Shown here: piece after piece, positions 10,564 to 18,910 of the stretch | Position numbering within the stretch: the stretch's first letter is position 1 | How the letters are laid out: each line of letters opens with the position of its first letter | Source: Candidatus Lindowbacteria bacterium RIFCSPLOWO2_12_FULL_62_27 | GTDB taxonomy: Bacteria; Lindowbacteria; 2-12-FULL-62-27 | Reading direction: 5' to 3' | NCBI GenBank assembly: GCA_001784175.1 | Contig: MFPR01000028.1 | Location: 263,614 to 327,613 of the forward strand | Length of the DNA: 64,000 nucleotides | Made by a program: the position numbers and the translations under genes | Notes under the pieces: model-generated | What the model was told of the DNA's origin: nothing | What the model saw: the letters and a program-made list of their open reading frames with translations, nothing else | The model's database searches: none

Positions 10564-11024
10564 CCTCTGATATCCGCGAAGAATCGGAAAGCGTGTCCGA
10601 GTCGGAGGTGGCGGACAGCACAGGCATGGATGACGCGCGGCTGGTGAAGAAACCTCTTTTATATAACGAAGAGGTCTTCGAAATTATAGGGGCTGCGATG
10701 GATGTCCATCGCGAGCTCAAGTCCGGATTTAAAGAAGAGGTCTACCAGGAAGCTCTGGAGATAGAAATGACCGACCGCGGCATCCCGCACGAGCCGCATA
10801 AGCTATTGCGGATTCGATATAAGAGTCGAACCTTGAAAAAAGAATATGCGCCCGATTTGGTCTGCCACGGCAAGATCATCGTTGAAATTAAGGCGCTCAG
10901 CAGGCTCAGCGGTACTGAAGAATCGCAGGTGTTGAATTATCTCAAGGTCTCAGGTCTAAGAGTCGGGTTGCTTGTGAACTTTGGCAGCATTGGGAGACTG
11001 GAATGGAAACGGTACATCAATTGA
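10560..11024 (+). CDS. GxxExxY protein (PD-(D/E)XK nuclease superfamily)
   Basis: IIGAAMDVHRELKSGFKEEVYQEAL (GxxExxY), PDLVC..KIIVEIKA, QVLNYLK.SG.RVGLLVNFG. ATG 10560 overlaps the giant gene's TGA. Confidence 0.92.
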   Translation: MTSDIREESESVSESEVADSTGMDDARLVKKPLLYNEEVFEIIGAAMDVHRELKSGFKEEVYQEALEIEMTDRGIPHEPHKLLRIRYKSRTLKKEYAPDLVCHGKIIVEIKALSRLSGTEESQVLNYLKVSGLRVGLLVNFGSIGRLEWKRYIN

Positions 11025-12595
11025 TGGAAAAACAAGAAAAAGAGATTCTTGACGGGGAATTCGTTTATCCACGAAGGAGCACGAAGGAGCACGAAGGGGC
11101 AAAGGGATCAGGAGAGATGCTTCGTGTCAGCTTCGTGTCAGCTTCGTGGATAAAACGGTTTTCTGTTTGCCTGTCGGTTCAATTGGCTCTATGTTCGTAC
11201 CCCGCTTTTTCTCAGATGAGCCAGGAGGAACTCCGGCGCGAGCGGCAGGAGACGTATGAGGAGCTGCGGCGGACGCAGGATGTGTCCGGCGGGTCCAATT
11301 TCATCTGGCGAGGGCTGTCGAACGCGACCGGGTGGGAGGTCGATTATGGCGGGTGGTACGCGCCGCAGTACACCGGCGGGGACAACGGGACCGACCGGGA
11401 CAAGGGGACGCCCGACACGCTGGAGCACACGTGGGAGCATGACTGGCGGTTTTTCCTGCGGATCACGAGCGCCACGAAGAAGACCAATTTTTACGCGCGG
11501 CTCAAGACCACGATGACCTACAACAAGGCCAACACCCCCGCCGTCGACGCGAACGACTGGGCGCTGCCGACGTTCGACATGTTCTACATGGATTTCGTCC
11601 GGACCGGCCGGACCTTCAAGCACACGTGGACGTTCGGTCGGCAGTACGCGCAGGTCGAGCGCGGGATCGGGTTCGGCATGGTCGCGGACGGCCTCCGGTA
11701 CGAGATGGCGTCGCGGCGGAACGAGATGCAGATCTTTTTCATGCGCCAGCAGCCCGGGGACGACAACGTGGACGCGACCGCCGCCGGCTGGAGCACAGGG
11801 CGGACGAAGCGGTGGTTTTACGGGCTTGAGTGGAAGTGGAAGCTTCATCCAAAATTCCTCAACACGGGCCTGTCGGTGCTCGGCAACATCGACCAGAACT
11901 TCGAGCACGCCGACGGCGGCGGCCAGCGGCACCAGCTTGACTCGATCTATTACGGGCTGGGCCTTTCGGGGAACCTGACGGGGCGGATGAGTTACTGGAC
12001 GCAATATATTATGGAGAGCGGCAAGACCTACGAGAGCGGGACCTCGCGGAAGATCAATCTCGACGCCGATGCGCTGGACGCGGGGCTCCGGTATTTTTTC
12101 CCGACCGCGCTTGCGCCGACGCTGTACCTCGAATACGCCGCCGGCAGCGGCGACGGCGACGCTGCGGTCGGGACGTCGACCACGAACGGCAGCACAGCCG
12201 GCAAGGACGAGCGGTTCATCTCGTTCGGCGGGCTCTCGCTCGGTTATGCGATGGCGCCGCAGCTGATCAATCTGAAGGTGTGGAAATTCGGCGGGAGCGT
12301 CAAGCCGTTCGGCTGGAGCCGCAGCCGGCTGTGGCAGGAGCTGGTGGTGCAGCCGACGTATTACACATACAGCAAAGACAAGGCGGGTACCGCGGCGTTG
12401 CCGGTGCCGGTGCCGGACGTTGTGGCCACCAATCCGTCGAAGAAGCTGGGCAGCGAGCTCGACCTGACGGTTGCGTGGCGATTGGCGGGCGATCTCAAGT
12501 ACCAGTTCAAGTGGGGCCGGTTTCTGCCGGGCGCCGCGTATCCGACGCGGTCGGCGGAATCGTACGTGCGGCTGAAACTCTCGTTGGATCTGTGA
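11024..12595 (+). CDS. Outer-membrane beta-barrel protein, alginate export (AlgE)-like
   Basis: TGATG overlap with GxxExxY. Signal-like segment ending YPAFS/Q, amphipathic strands, YAAGSGDGD motif, LGSELDL, C-terminal YVRLKLSLDL. Confidence 0.65.
   Translation: MEKQEKEILDGEFVYPRRSTKEHEGAKGSGEMLRVSFVSASWIKRFSVCLSVQLALCSYPAFSQMSQEELRRERQETYEELRRTQDVSGGSNFIWRGLSNATGWEVDYGGWYAPQYTGGDNGTDRDKGTPDTLEHTWEHDWRFFLRITSATKKTNFYARLKTTMTYNKANTPAVDANDWALPTFDMFYMDFVRTGRTFKHTWTFGRQYAQVERGIGFGMVADGLRYEMASRRNEMQIFFMRQQPGDDNVDATAAGWSTGRTKRWFYGLEWKWKLHPKFLNTGLSVLGNIDQNFEHADGGGQRHQLDSIYYGLGLSGNLTGRMSYWTQYIMESGKTYESGTSRKINLDADALDAGLRYFFPTALAPTLYLEYAAGSGDGDAAVGTSTTNGSTAGKDERFISFGGLSLGYAMAPQLINLKVWKFGGSVKPFGWSRSRLWQELVVQPTYYTYSKDKAGTAALPVPVPDVVATNPSKKLGSELDLTVAWRLAGDLKYQFKWGRFLPGAAYPTRSAESYVRLKLSLDL
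11064..11154 (+). repeat. Hairpin element: 3x CACGAAG arm and 3x CTTCGTG arm
   Basis: tttatcCACGAAGgagCACGAAGgagCACGAAG...CTTCGTGtcagCTTCGTGtcagCTTCGTGgataaa; 13-bp perfect terminal inverted repeat. Confidence 0.9.
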
Positions 12596-12602
12596 GGAGA
12601 AT

Positions 12603-13232
12603 ATGAAGCGCAAGTGGTCAGAGCATGTGAAAAAATTATTTGTCCACGAAGGGACACGAAGGAACACGAAGAACCCCTTTTATAATTTATTGAATATCTT
12701 GGTACCCTTCGTGTCAGCTTCGTGTCCCTTCGTGGATAAGCGGATGTGTCTAATTGTTTTTGCGTTCTGTTTCATGGCGCCCGCCGCGCATGCGCAATCG
12801 TCCATGGACTTTTACCGCGAACTTGCGCGCAAGCCTCAGGCGACGATTGGGGATGCCGTGCATGCCGTGGCGCGGGCCGAGGGGTATGCCGGGCCGGTAA
12901 ATTTGTGGGGGGAACTCGTGTGGCTGCACAAAGAGCGCGGGGTGACGTTCCGGCGGGACGTCGCGGCCCTCGAAAATGTGGCGCTCACGAAAGGCAACGC
13001 CGCGCACATGCTGATGAGCGCGCTGGGCGTGAAGGGCTGGGTGATGCAGCGGATTTTCAAGGGCAGCCAGCGATACGCGCTGCGCGAAGCCGTCTATCAG
13101 AAACTTCTGCCGGCCGAGAGCACCGTGCACCAGAAGATGTCGGGCAACGAGCTGCTCGGGTTTCTGTCGCGCGTGGTGGAGCACACAGAACGGCGCGGGA
13201 TCGCCGGGAGTTTGTTGAGGGACAGGGAGTGA
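12603..13232 (+). CDS. Hypothetical secreted protein
   Basis: RBS GAGGAG upstream; signal h-region CLIVFAFCFMAPAAHA/Q. Alternative ATG at 12744. Confidence 0.7.
   Translation: MKRKWSEHVKKLFVHEGTRRNTKNPFYNLLNILVPFVSASCPFVDKRMCLIVFAFCFMAPAAHAQSSMDFYRELARKPQATIGDAVHAVARAEGYAGPVNLWGELVWLHKERGVTFRRDVAALENVALTKGNAAHMLMSALGVKGWVMQRIFKGSQRYALREAVYQKLLPAESTVHQKMSGNELLGFLSRVVEHTERRGIAGSLLRDRE
12640..12739 (+). repeat. Hairpin element: 3x CACGAAG arm and 3x CTTCGTG arm with AT-rich loop
   Basis: ttgtccacgaagggacacgaag pairs with cttcgtgtcccttcgtggataa over 22 bp with one G-T mismatch. Confidence 0.9.
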
Positions 13233-14305
13233 TGGAGATGAGGAAGATGGACAGCGGCGGACGGATCGTCGCGGCATTGTTGTATTTGTCCATGCTCGCG
13301 CTCCGCGCCCAGAGCGCGGACATTCTGACCGGGAAGCTCGCGGACGTGGCGGGCGAGGTGGAGGTGCAGAAGCGGGGGTCAGCGTCGTGGACGCCGGCGC
13401 GCAGCGGGATGGCGGTGGGTCCGGGGGACCAGATCAACACGGGGCTGACCGGCAAGGCGAGTCTGGTGTTCACGAACAGCGTGACGGAGATCCAGCCGCT
13501 GACGCAGTTTGTGGTGGGCCGGGCGTTCGAGGACAAGTCGAGCGTGACGACCGAGCTGTTCTTGCAGGTGGGCAAGGTGGTGTCGAACGTCGATCCAAAG
13601 AGCGCGAAGGCCAACAAATTCACCGTGACGACGCCGACCGCCGTCGCCGGCGTCCGCGGCACGCGGCAGGAGTGCCGGTTCGACCGGGGTTTTGGCACGG
13701 AGGTCAAGATCAGCGAAGGCGCCGGGTACATGGCGCCGGTGCGCGCGGAGAAACTGCCGCCGGCGGTCCAGGCGATGCTGGGCATGGCGCCGGCCGGAGG
13801 CGGTCGCGAGGGCGGTGTGGGCAGGGGCGACGAGAAGGGCGGAAAGGGTGGCGAGAAGAAGGAGGCGCCGAAAACGGTGTCGGAGGCGGTCGCGGAATTC
13901 AACGCGTGGATCCAGCAGGCCGAGCAGAGCCTCGGCGCGCCGGGCGGCGGGGAAGCCGCGCCGATTTTGGACCCCCAGACGCTCGATTTTGTCGTGCCGA
14001 TCGCCGACGGCCTGTCGGCCACGATCCAGAGCGCGACGGATCCGAAGGGGATCACGGACGCGACCGCCGGGCTGGTCCAGTCGGTGGCGCCGTCGGTGTT
14101 GCCGGCGGGCACGAGCGCGGCGGAGGAGAAGGCGGCGCAGCAGAGCACGGAAGTTGTGGACGCGCCGGTGACCGTCACGGTCGTGGAGGCGAAGGAGGCG
14201 GTCAAGGCGGCGGTCAAGATACAGGAGACGACCACCCTGACGACGATCACGACGACCGTCACGCCGCCGAACCGGCCGGCGCTGGGGCAGGATCAGGGGA
14301 AGTGA
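13232..14305 (+). CDS. FecR-domain secreted protein
   Basis: GEVEV...GDQINTG..GKASLVF and FTVTTPTAVAGVRGT motifs, signal peptide, TGATG overlap with upstream gene. Confidence 0.8.
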   Translation: MEMRKMDSGGRIVAALLYLSMLALRAQSADILTGKLADVAGEVEVQKRGSASWTPARSGMAVGPGDQINTGLTGKASLVFTNSVTEIQPLTQFVVGRAFEDKSSVTTELFLQVGKVVSNVDPKSAKANKFTVTTPTAVAGVRGTRQECRFDRGFGTEVKISEGAGYMAPVRAEKLPPAVQAMLGMAPAGGGREGGVGRGDEKGGKGGEKKEAPKTVSEAVAEFNAWIQQAEQSLGAPGGGEAAPILDPQTLDFVVPIADGLSATIQSATDPKGITDATAGLVQSVAPSVLPAGTSAAEEKAAQQSTEVVDAPVTVTVVEAKEAVKAAVKIQETTTLTTITTTVTPPNRPALGQDQGK

Positions 14306-14320
14306 TTCATAAAAAAACAT

Positions 14321-14349
14321 TTGCTTTTTGGGATTGCTTTTGGTACAGT
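14321..14349 (+). promoter_or_regulatory. Putative sigma70 promoter
   Basis: TTGCTT-N17-TACAGT with extended TG, followed by a strong RBS (GAAAGGAGGTG). Confidence 0.5.
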
Positions 14350-14396
14350 TAACAAATTTGCTAGTCATTGTTTGTGAAAGGAGGTGAAGCGGTGCT

Positions 14397-14705
14397 ATGA
14401 AGAAGACAGCGATTTTCGCTATGGCAGTTGCACTGTGTTTTACGTTTACAGTTGGCGCATACGCCGCGGAGAACAACGCGATCGGCAAGCTGACGCGCGG
14501 CGTGATGAACGCCGGATTCGGCTGGGTTGAGTTTTTCGGCGCGTTGAAATCCGAGGGCGGCAGAGGGCTGGGAACCGGTATTGTCAATTCGGTGAAGCGG
14601 GAGCTGGTGGGAGCAGTCGAGATTGTGACGTTTCCGATCGGCGTTCCGAACGAGGATTTTTCTCCGTTGATCGAGCCGGAATCTCCGTTTGACTCGTGGA
14701 AGTGA
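14397..14705 (+). CDS. Exosortase-associated TIGR04073-like small protein
   Basis: Signal peptide; KLTRGVMNAGFGWVE...RELVGAVEIVTFPI...PLIEPE pattern. Confidence 0.65.
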   Translation: MKKTAIFAMAVALCFTFTVGAYAAENNAIGKLTRGVMNAGFGWVEFFGALKSEGGRGLGTGIVNSVKRELVGAVEIVTFPIGVPNEDFSPLIEPESPFDSWK

Positions 14706-14759
14706 CACAGTAGATTCGCGAATCGACTGTAATCGTCAGATCAAGATAGAACACGATCG

Positions 14760-14789
14760 AGGACACCCGATGAGGGTGTCCTTTTTTTT
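14760..14789 (+). terminator. Rho-independent terminator
   Basis: aggacaccc-gatga-gggtgtcct followed by a T-tract. Confidence 0.85.
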
Positions 14790-14797
14790 CTGCTTCG

Positions 14798-15262
14798 CTA
14801 CTGCCGGAAGGCCATGCCCGGTTCTTCCTGGTGGGCAACGGCCGGGGCGGCTGCGAGTTCGGAGCGGATGCGGCGGCTCATCATGCGCAAAAGGCCCATG
14901 GAGATTTCCGGGTACTGCCCGAGGAGCGCCACGAACCGGTCGCGGTCGATCCTCAGAAACTTGCAGGGCGCCACCGCCTTGGCCGTGGCCGAGCGCGGTT
15001 CGTCATCGATGAGGGCCATTTCGCCGAAGGCCTCGAAGGTCGAGAGGGTCTTGACGGGCGTGCCGTCGGCGAGGACGATCTGGACGCCGCCTTCGATGAT
15101 CATGTACATGGAATCGCCGGGCTCGCCCTGATTGAAGACGATTTCTCCCTGATCCTCCTCCGTTTCCTCAACGATGTCGGCGATCAGCCGGAGTTCCTGG
15201 ATATTAAGCCCGGCGAAGAGGCTCACCTGTTTCAATAGTAAGATTCGTTCAAGGGTCAGCAT
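14798..15262 (-). CDS. Stand-alone cyclic nucleotide-binding domain protein
   Basis: QGEPGDSMYMIIEG and FGEMALIDDEPRSATA; no HTH domain. Confidence 0.9.
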   Translation of the reverse strand: MLTLERILLLKQVSLFAGLNIQELRLIADIVEETEEDQGEIVFNQGEPGDSMYMIIEGGVQIVLADGTPVKTLSTFEAFGEMALIDDEPRSATAKAVAPCKFLRIDRDRFVALLGQYPEISMGLLRMMSRRIRSELAAAPAVAHQEEPGMAFRQ

Positions 15263-18038
15263 GGGTTTTTAACCCCCCATCGGTTATTTGCACGGCCGCT
15301 GCGTGTTCGCGGACGAGCGCGGACGAGTGCGACCGCAGAGACGCGACGAGGTCGCGGCGGGCCGGGTCCGGGTTGTCCTTCCACACGTAGAGGATGGCCG
15401 AGATCATGTATTCGTAGGGCCGGGCGACGAGGTCCTCGAGGGTGCGGCCCACGTCAAAGTGGGCGTCCGGGACGTGCTTCAAAAACTCCCTGCGGGCCTC
15501 CACCATCGCGCCGTTCAGGACGGGCAGGAGGATGCCGGTCCAGGGTTTGAGGTCCCCCATATTTTCGAGCGCCTCCAGCGCGAGGGCGCGTTCGGCCGGC
15601 GCGCCGTGGACGGCGTTCCGGTAGACGCGCTGGAGGGTGAGCCGGTCGGAGAGAAATCCGAGCTCGATAAACACGAGCTTGCACGCGTCCCGCGCCTCCT
15701 GGTCGAACACGTAGTTCGTCACGTCGCGCGCGCGGTCGGTCCGGCAGAGTCCGAGAAGATGTTCGCGGAGGGTTTCGATTCGGATCCAGTGTTCGATCTC
15801 GCGTTTCAATATTCGGACCGCCTCCTCCGCCGGGAGCCTGCCGTCGATGCGCTGGGCGAGGGACACGACGCAGAGGTCGCGGATCGCAGGCTCGTCGGAA
15901 TGGATCTCCTGGAGCAGGAGGTCGGTCGGGTCCCATTTCGTATTTCGCGCGATGGCGGCGAGAAACCGGAGTTTGACGCGCCGGCGGCTCACCTCCTGCC
16001 GGTAGGCCAAAAGGATTGTGGTTCGGAGATGCTCGCCGCACGAGGCGAAATACCGCTGCACGTGTGGAAAGAGAATGTCGTCGCGGAGGGCGTCGACCAG
16101 CGCCGGGATGACGCGTTCGTCCTTGAAGGCCGTGAGGGAGCGGACGGCCGCCCGCGAGATTTTCGGATTGGCGTGTCGCGCCATCTCCAGGAGCGTGGGT
16201 AGAAAAGATTTGATGCGCAGCCGCCCGAGGATGGACGCGAGGAGTTCCAGCTCGCGGGGGTCCTCGCTTTTGGCCCAGCGCTTGAGCATCTCGGCAGTGG
16301 AAAGGATGCCGTCGAACCCGCCGATTTCCGCCTCGGTTTCGACCGCCTCCGCGACCACGCCGATGTCGGGATGCATGCGCAGAATTTCGAGCGCCATGAT
16401 CTGTTCCTCCGACCCGAGCCTCCGGAACCCCGCGAGCGCCTCGCGGACCACATCCGGGTGCGGATCGCCCAGGCGGTCCTCCAAGTGCGTCAGCATGTCG
16501 CGTCCGCCGATCTGCCCGATGGCGCGGCAGGCCATGCGCCGGACTTCGGGGTTGGCGTGTTCGAGGAGCGGCACACAGAGAGCAGCGGCGGGTTCGTATT
16601 TGATGAAAAGGAAATACTCGATCGCAAACGAGATGTCCTCCTGGTTGGCGGACTTGAGCCGCTGTTCCATTTCGCGGACCGTCGCCTCCGCGTTTTCGAT
16701 CGACAGCGCCGACAGGACGGGCACGCCGGCCTGCGGCGCGGCCTGGAGGTTGGAGACGACGGCCTTGAGATAATTCTTGCGGAGCAGGATCGTCGCGACG
16801 AACCAGACGGCGGCGAGTCCGAAGTTGCAAGCCGCGATCTGGGCCGGCTCCAGTTTCAATTCGACCAGCAGCAGCAAGGCCGCGCCGGCCAGACCCATCG
16901 AAAAGGGTTTGATGTAGCCTTCGACAAACGCCCGCGCCCGTCCGCGCTGAGCGGGCGGGATGGGGTTGAAGAGAAGCTGGTAGGCGACGTCGGTGGCCGT
17001 GTAGAGCAGCACATGATCGCCGAACTTGGTGACGCAGGCCGACGCGAACCCGAAGGAGACGATCATGCTGCCGATGGAGAAGAGGAGAAATGCGGGATGC
17101 AGCGTCATCGCCCCGGTCACACCGAGCTTGCGGATCGCCAGGGGCGTGAGGAATATCTGGAAGAGGAGGCAGCACGCGCCGGCCCAGCTTCGGAAAATTC
17201 CGAGGAAGGACGTCAGGGCGTCCTTGTCGGTCATGGCCACGCCGTTGACCTCCTTCGTGAAATTCGCGCGCGCGACTTGGCTGAACTGGTAGTCGATCAG
17301 GGTGAAGACGAGCCAGAGCGCAAGAATGAGGACGACCATGTTGACGAGGAGCGGCGTGCGCCGGACGTTCCGGAAGCCTTCGAGGAACTGCTGCCACTGG
17401 CTGAGCTTGGGCGCCTTGCGGGCCGCCTTGCCCGGCGGCGCCTTGGGGCGGTACCGCGCGAGGGCCGCGACGACGAGGAGTCCGGCGCCGAGGAGTACGG
17501 CCCACGCGATGAAGAGTTTTTCGGTGCCGAACGTTTTGACGAGCGGTTTGGCCACGAGCCCCGAGGTGATCATGCCGACGAGCCCGCCCATGCCGACGAG
17601 GGGAAAGATGCGTTTGGCCTGGACGGCGTCGAAGAAATCGGCGGCGAAGGTCCAGAACATCATGAGGGACATGAGCCACACCACCTGGATCAGCGAGTAG
17701 GTCGCCCAGTAAAACCACATCCATTCGGTCTTCAGGCCCAACACCACCGTGGCGAGCGTCGCGATGAACAGGATCAGGACCGCCCGCACGAATTTGAATC
17801 GGTCGAGCTTGTCGACAAACATCGCGTAGACCGCGGCTGACCCGATGGCGATGACGGCGTTGAGCATGTACGCGTAGGGCAGTGCGGCAAGGCCGACCTT
17901 GACGAGGAAGATCGAGTCGCGCGCGTTGCGTCCGAAGAAGATTCCGTTGACGAGGAGGAAGAAGAGGAGCGCGAGGAGGGACGTGCGCGCGAATTCGTCC
18001 TCGGAGAGTTTGAGTTTGGAGAGGAGGAAGGCTTTCAA
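15249..18038 (-). CDS. Npt1/Npt2 (TLC ADP/ATP translocase-like) transporter fused to HEAT repeats
   Basis: ARDSIFL..VG..ALPYAY, FWTFAADFFD..QAKRIFPLV, QLLFNPIP..QRGRARAFVE, followed by HEAT-like repeats. Confidence 0.85.
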   Translation of the reverse strand: MKAFLLSKLKLSEDEFARTSLLALLFFLLVNGIFFGRNARDSIFLVKVGLAALPYAYMLNAVIAIGSAAVYAMFVDKLDRFKFVRAVLILFIATLATVVLGLKTEWMWFYWATYSLIQVVWLMSLMMFWTFAADFFDAVQAKRIFPLVGMGGLVGMITSGLVAKPLVKTFGTEKLFIAWAVLLGAGLLVVAALARYRPKAPPGKAARKAPKLSQWQQFLEGFRNVRRTPLLVNMVVLILALWLVFTLIDYQFSQVARANFTKEVNGVAMTDKDALTSFLGIFRSWAGACCLLFQIFLTPLAIRKLGVTGAMTLHPAFLLFSIGSMIVSFGFASACVTKFGDHVLLYTATDVAYQLLFNPIPPAQRGRARAFVEGYIKPFSMGLAGAALLLLVELKLEPAQIAACNFGLAAVWFVATILLRKNYLKAVVSNLQAAPQAGVPVLSALSIENAEATVREMEQRLKSANQEDISFAIEYFLFIKYEPAAALCVPLLEHANPEVRRMACRAIGQIGGRDMLTHLEDRLGDPHPDVVREALAGFRRLGSEEQIMALEILRMHPDIGVVAEAVETEAEIGGFDGILSTAEMLKRWAKSEDPRELELLASILGRLRIKSFLPTLLEMARHANPKISRAAVRSLTAFKDERVIPALVDALRDDILFPHVQRYFASCGEHLRTTILLAYRQEVSRRRVKLRFLAAIARNTKWDPTDLLLQEIHSDEPAIRDLCVVSLAQRIDGRLPAEEAVRILKREIEHWIRIETLREHLLGLCRTDRARDVTNYVFDQEARDACKLVFIELGFLSDRLTLQRVYRNAVHGAPAERALALEALENMGDLKPWTGILLPVLNGAMVEARREFLKHVPDAHFDVGRTLEDLVARPYEYMISAILYVWKDNPDPARRDLVASLRSHSSALVREHAAAVQITDGGLKTHADP

Positions 18039-18048
18039 CGCAATTGAA

Positions 18049-18876
18049 TCACCAGTAATCTTCAGTGAAGATATGTTCCGGCGCGGTCCAGCCTTGCGCA
18101 GTGATGGCGGCCTTGGCGTCCGCGATCATGTCGGGGTTGCCGCAGAGGAAGAAGGCGGTCTGTCCCTTGGGCATGCGCGCGACGAGCGCGTCGCGTGTCT
18201 GGTGGGCCGGCAGGACAGGATCGACCTTGCCCTGTTTCGGCAGGCCGAGGAGGAGCCGGAACGTATCGTTGACGCGGCCCTTGCCCATGGCCGGGCTCCA
18301 TCCGGCGTCGCCGTCGGGCCGGCTGACGGTGGGCAGGTAGACGAAATCAAGGTCGGCGTCGACTTCGCAGCCACGAAGCTCCTCCACGTATCCCATCTCC
18401 TTGCTGGTGCGGTTGCCGAACATGAGCGTGATGGTTTTTCCGCGTCCCTGCCCGGACGTCTTGAGGGTCCGGAGCATGCTGATGAAGGGCGCAAGTCCGG
18501 TGCCGGTGCACATGAACACCATGCGGGTGAGGGCTGTGCGAGAGAGAGTGAATTTGCCCTTCGGCCCCATGTACCAGACCTGCTCGCCGATTTTTTTCCG
18601 GAAGAGATGTGGCGTGAATTCGCCGCCGTCGACTTCGACGATATAGAACTCGACCGAGTCCTTGACGAGCGGCGAGGATGCGACCGAGTAGGGCCGCGGG
18701 ACGAACTTGACGCCGGCGGCCTGCTGGACGTCGTCGCCGATCGTGAGGTACTGCCCGGCCTCAAAATCGACGATGGGTCCATCGGTGGGCTTGAAATGAA
18801 AAACGGCGAGGCCCGGAAACCCGACCTCCTCCTTTTTCGTCAAGATCAGCGGCTTCATGCGGTCTTTCAGCGCCAT
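18049..18876 (-). CDS. fpr: Ferredoxin/flavodoxin-NADP reductase
   Basis: FEAGQY, RPYSVASSP, TGTGLAPFISM, CGNPDMI, C-terminal EDYW. Confidence 0.85.
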   Translation of the reverse strand: MALKDRMKPLILTKKEEVGFPGLAVFHFKPTDGPIVDFEAGQYLTIGDDVQQAAGVKFVPRPYSVASSPLVKDSVEFYIVEVDGGEFTPHLFRKKIGEQVWYMGPKGKFTLSRTALTRMVFMCTGTGLAPFISMLRTLKTSGQGRGKTITLMFGNRTSKEMGYVEELRGCEVDADLDFVYLPTVSRPDGDAGWSPAMGKGRVNDTFRLLLGLPKQGKVDPVLPAHQTRDALVARMPKGQTAFFLCGNPDMIADAKAAITAQGWTAPEHIFTEDYW

Positions 18877-18910
18877 GGATGAATTCCTTTATATGATTTC
18901 GGCGCGCAGG

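Noticed and set aside
9741..12739. CACGAAG arrays as a CRISPR array
   Set aside because: Units are 10-11 nt with no unique spacers, and no cas genes are present.
14341..14362. TGGTAC...TTGC as a sigma54 promoter
   Set aside because: The GG-GC spacing is too long.
15288..17840. Long antisense or alternate-frame ORFs here and throughout the window
   Set aside because: Arg/Pro/Gly-rich shadows expected at high GC, with no recognisable motifs.
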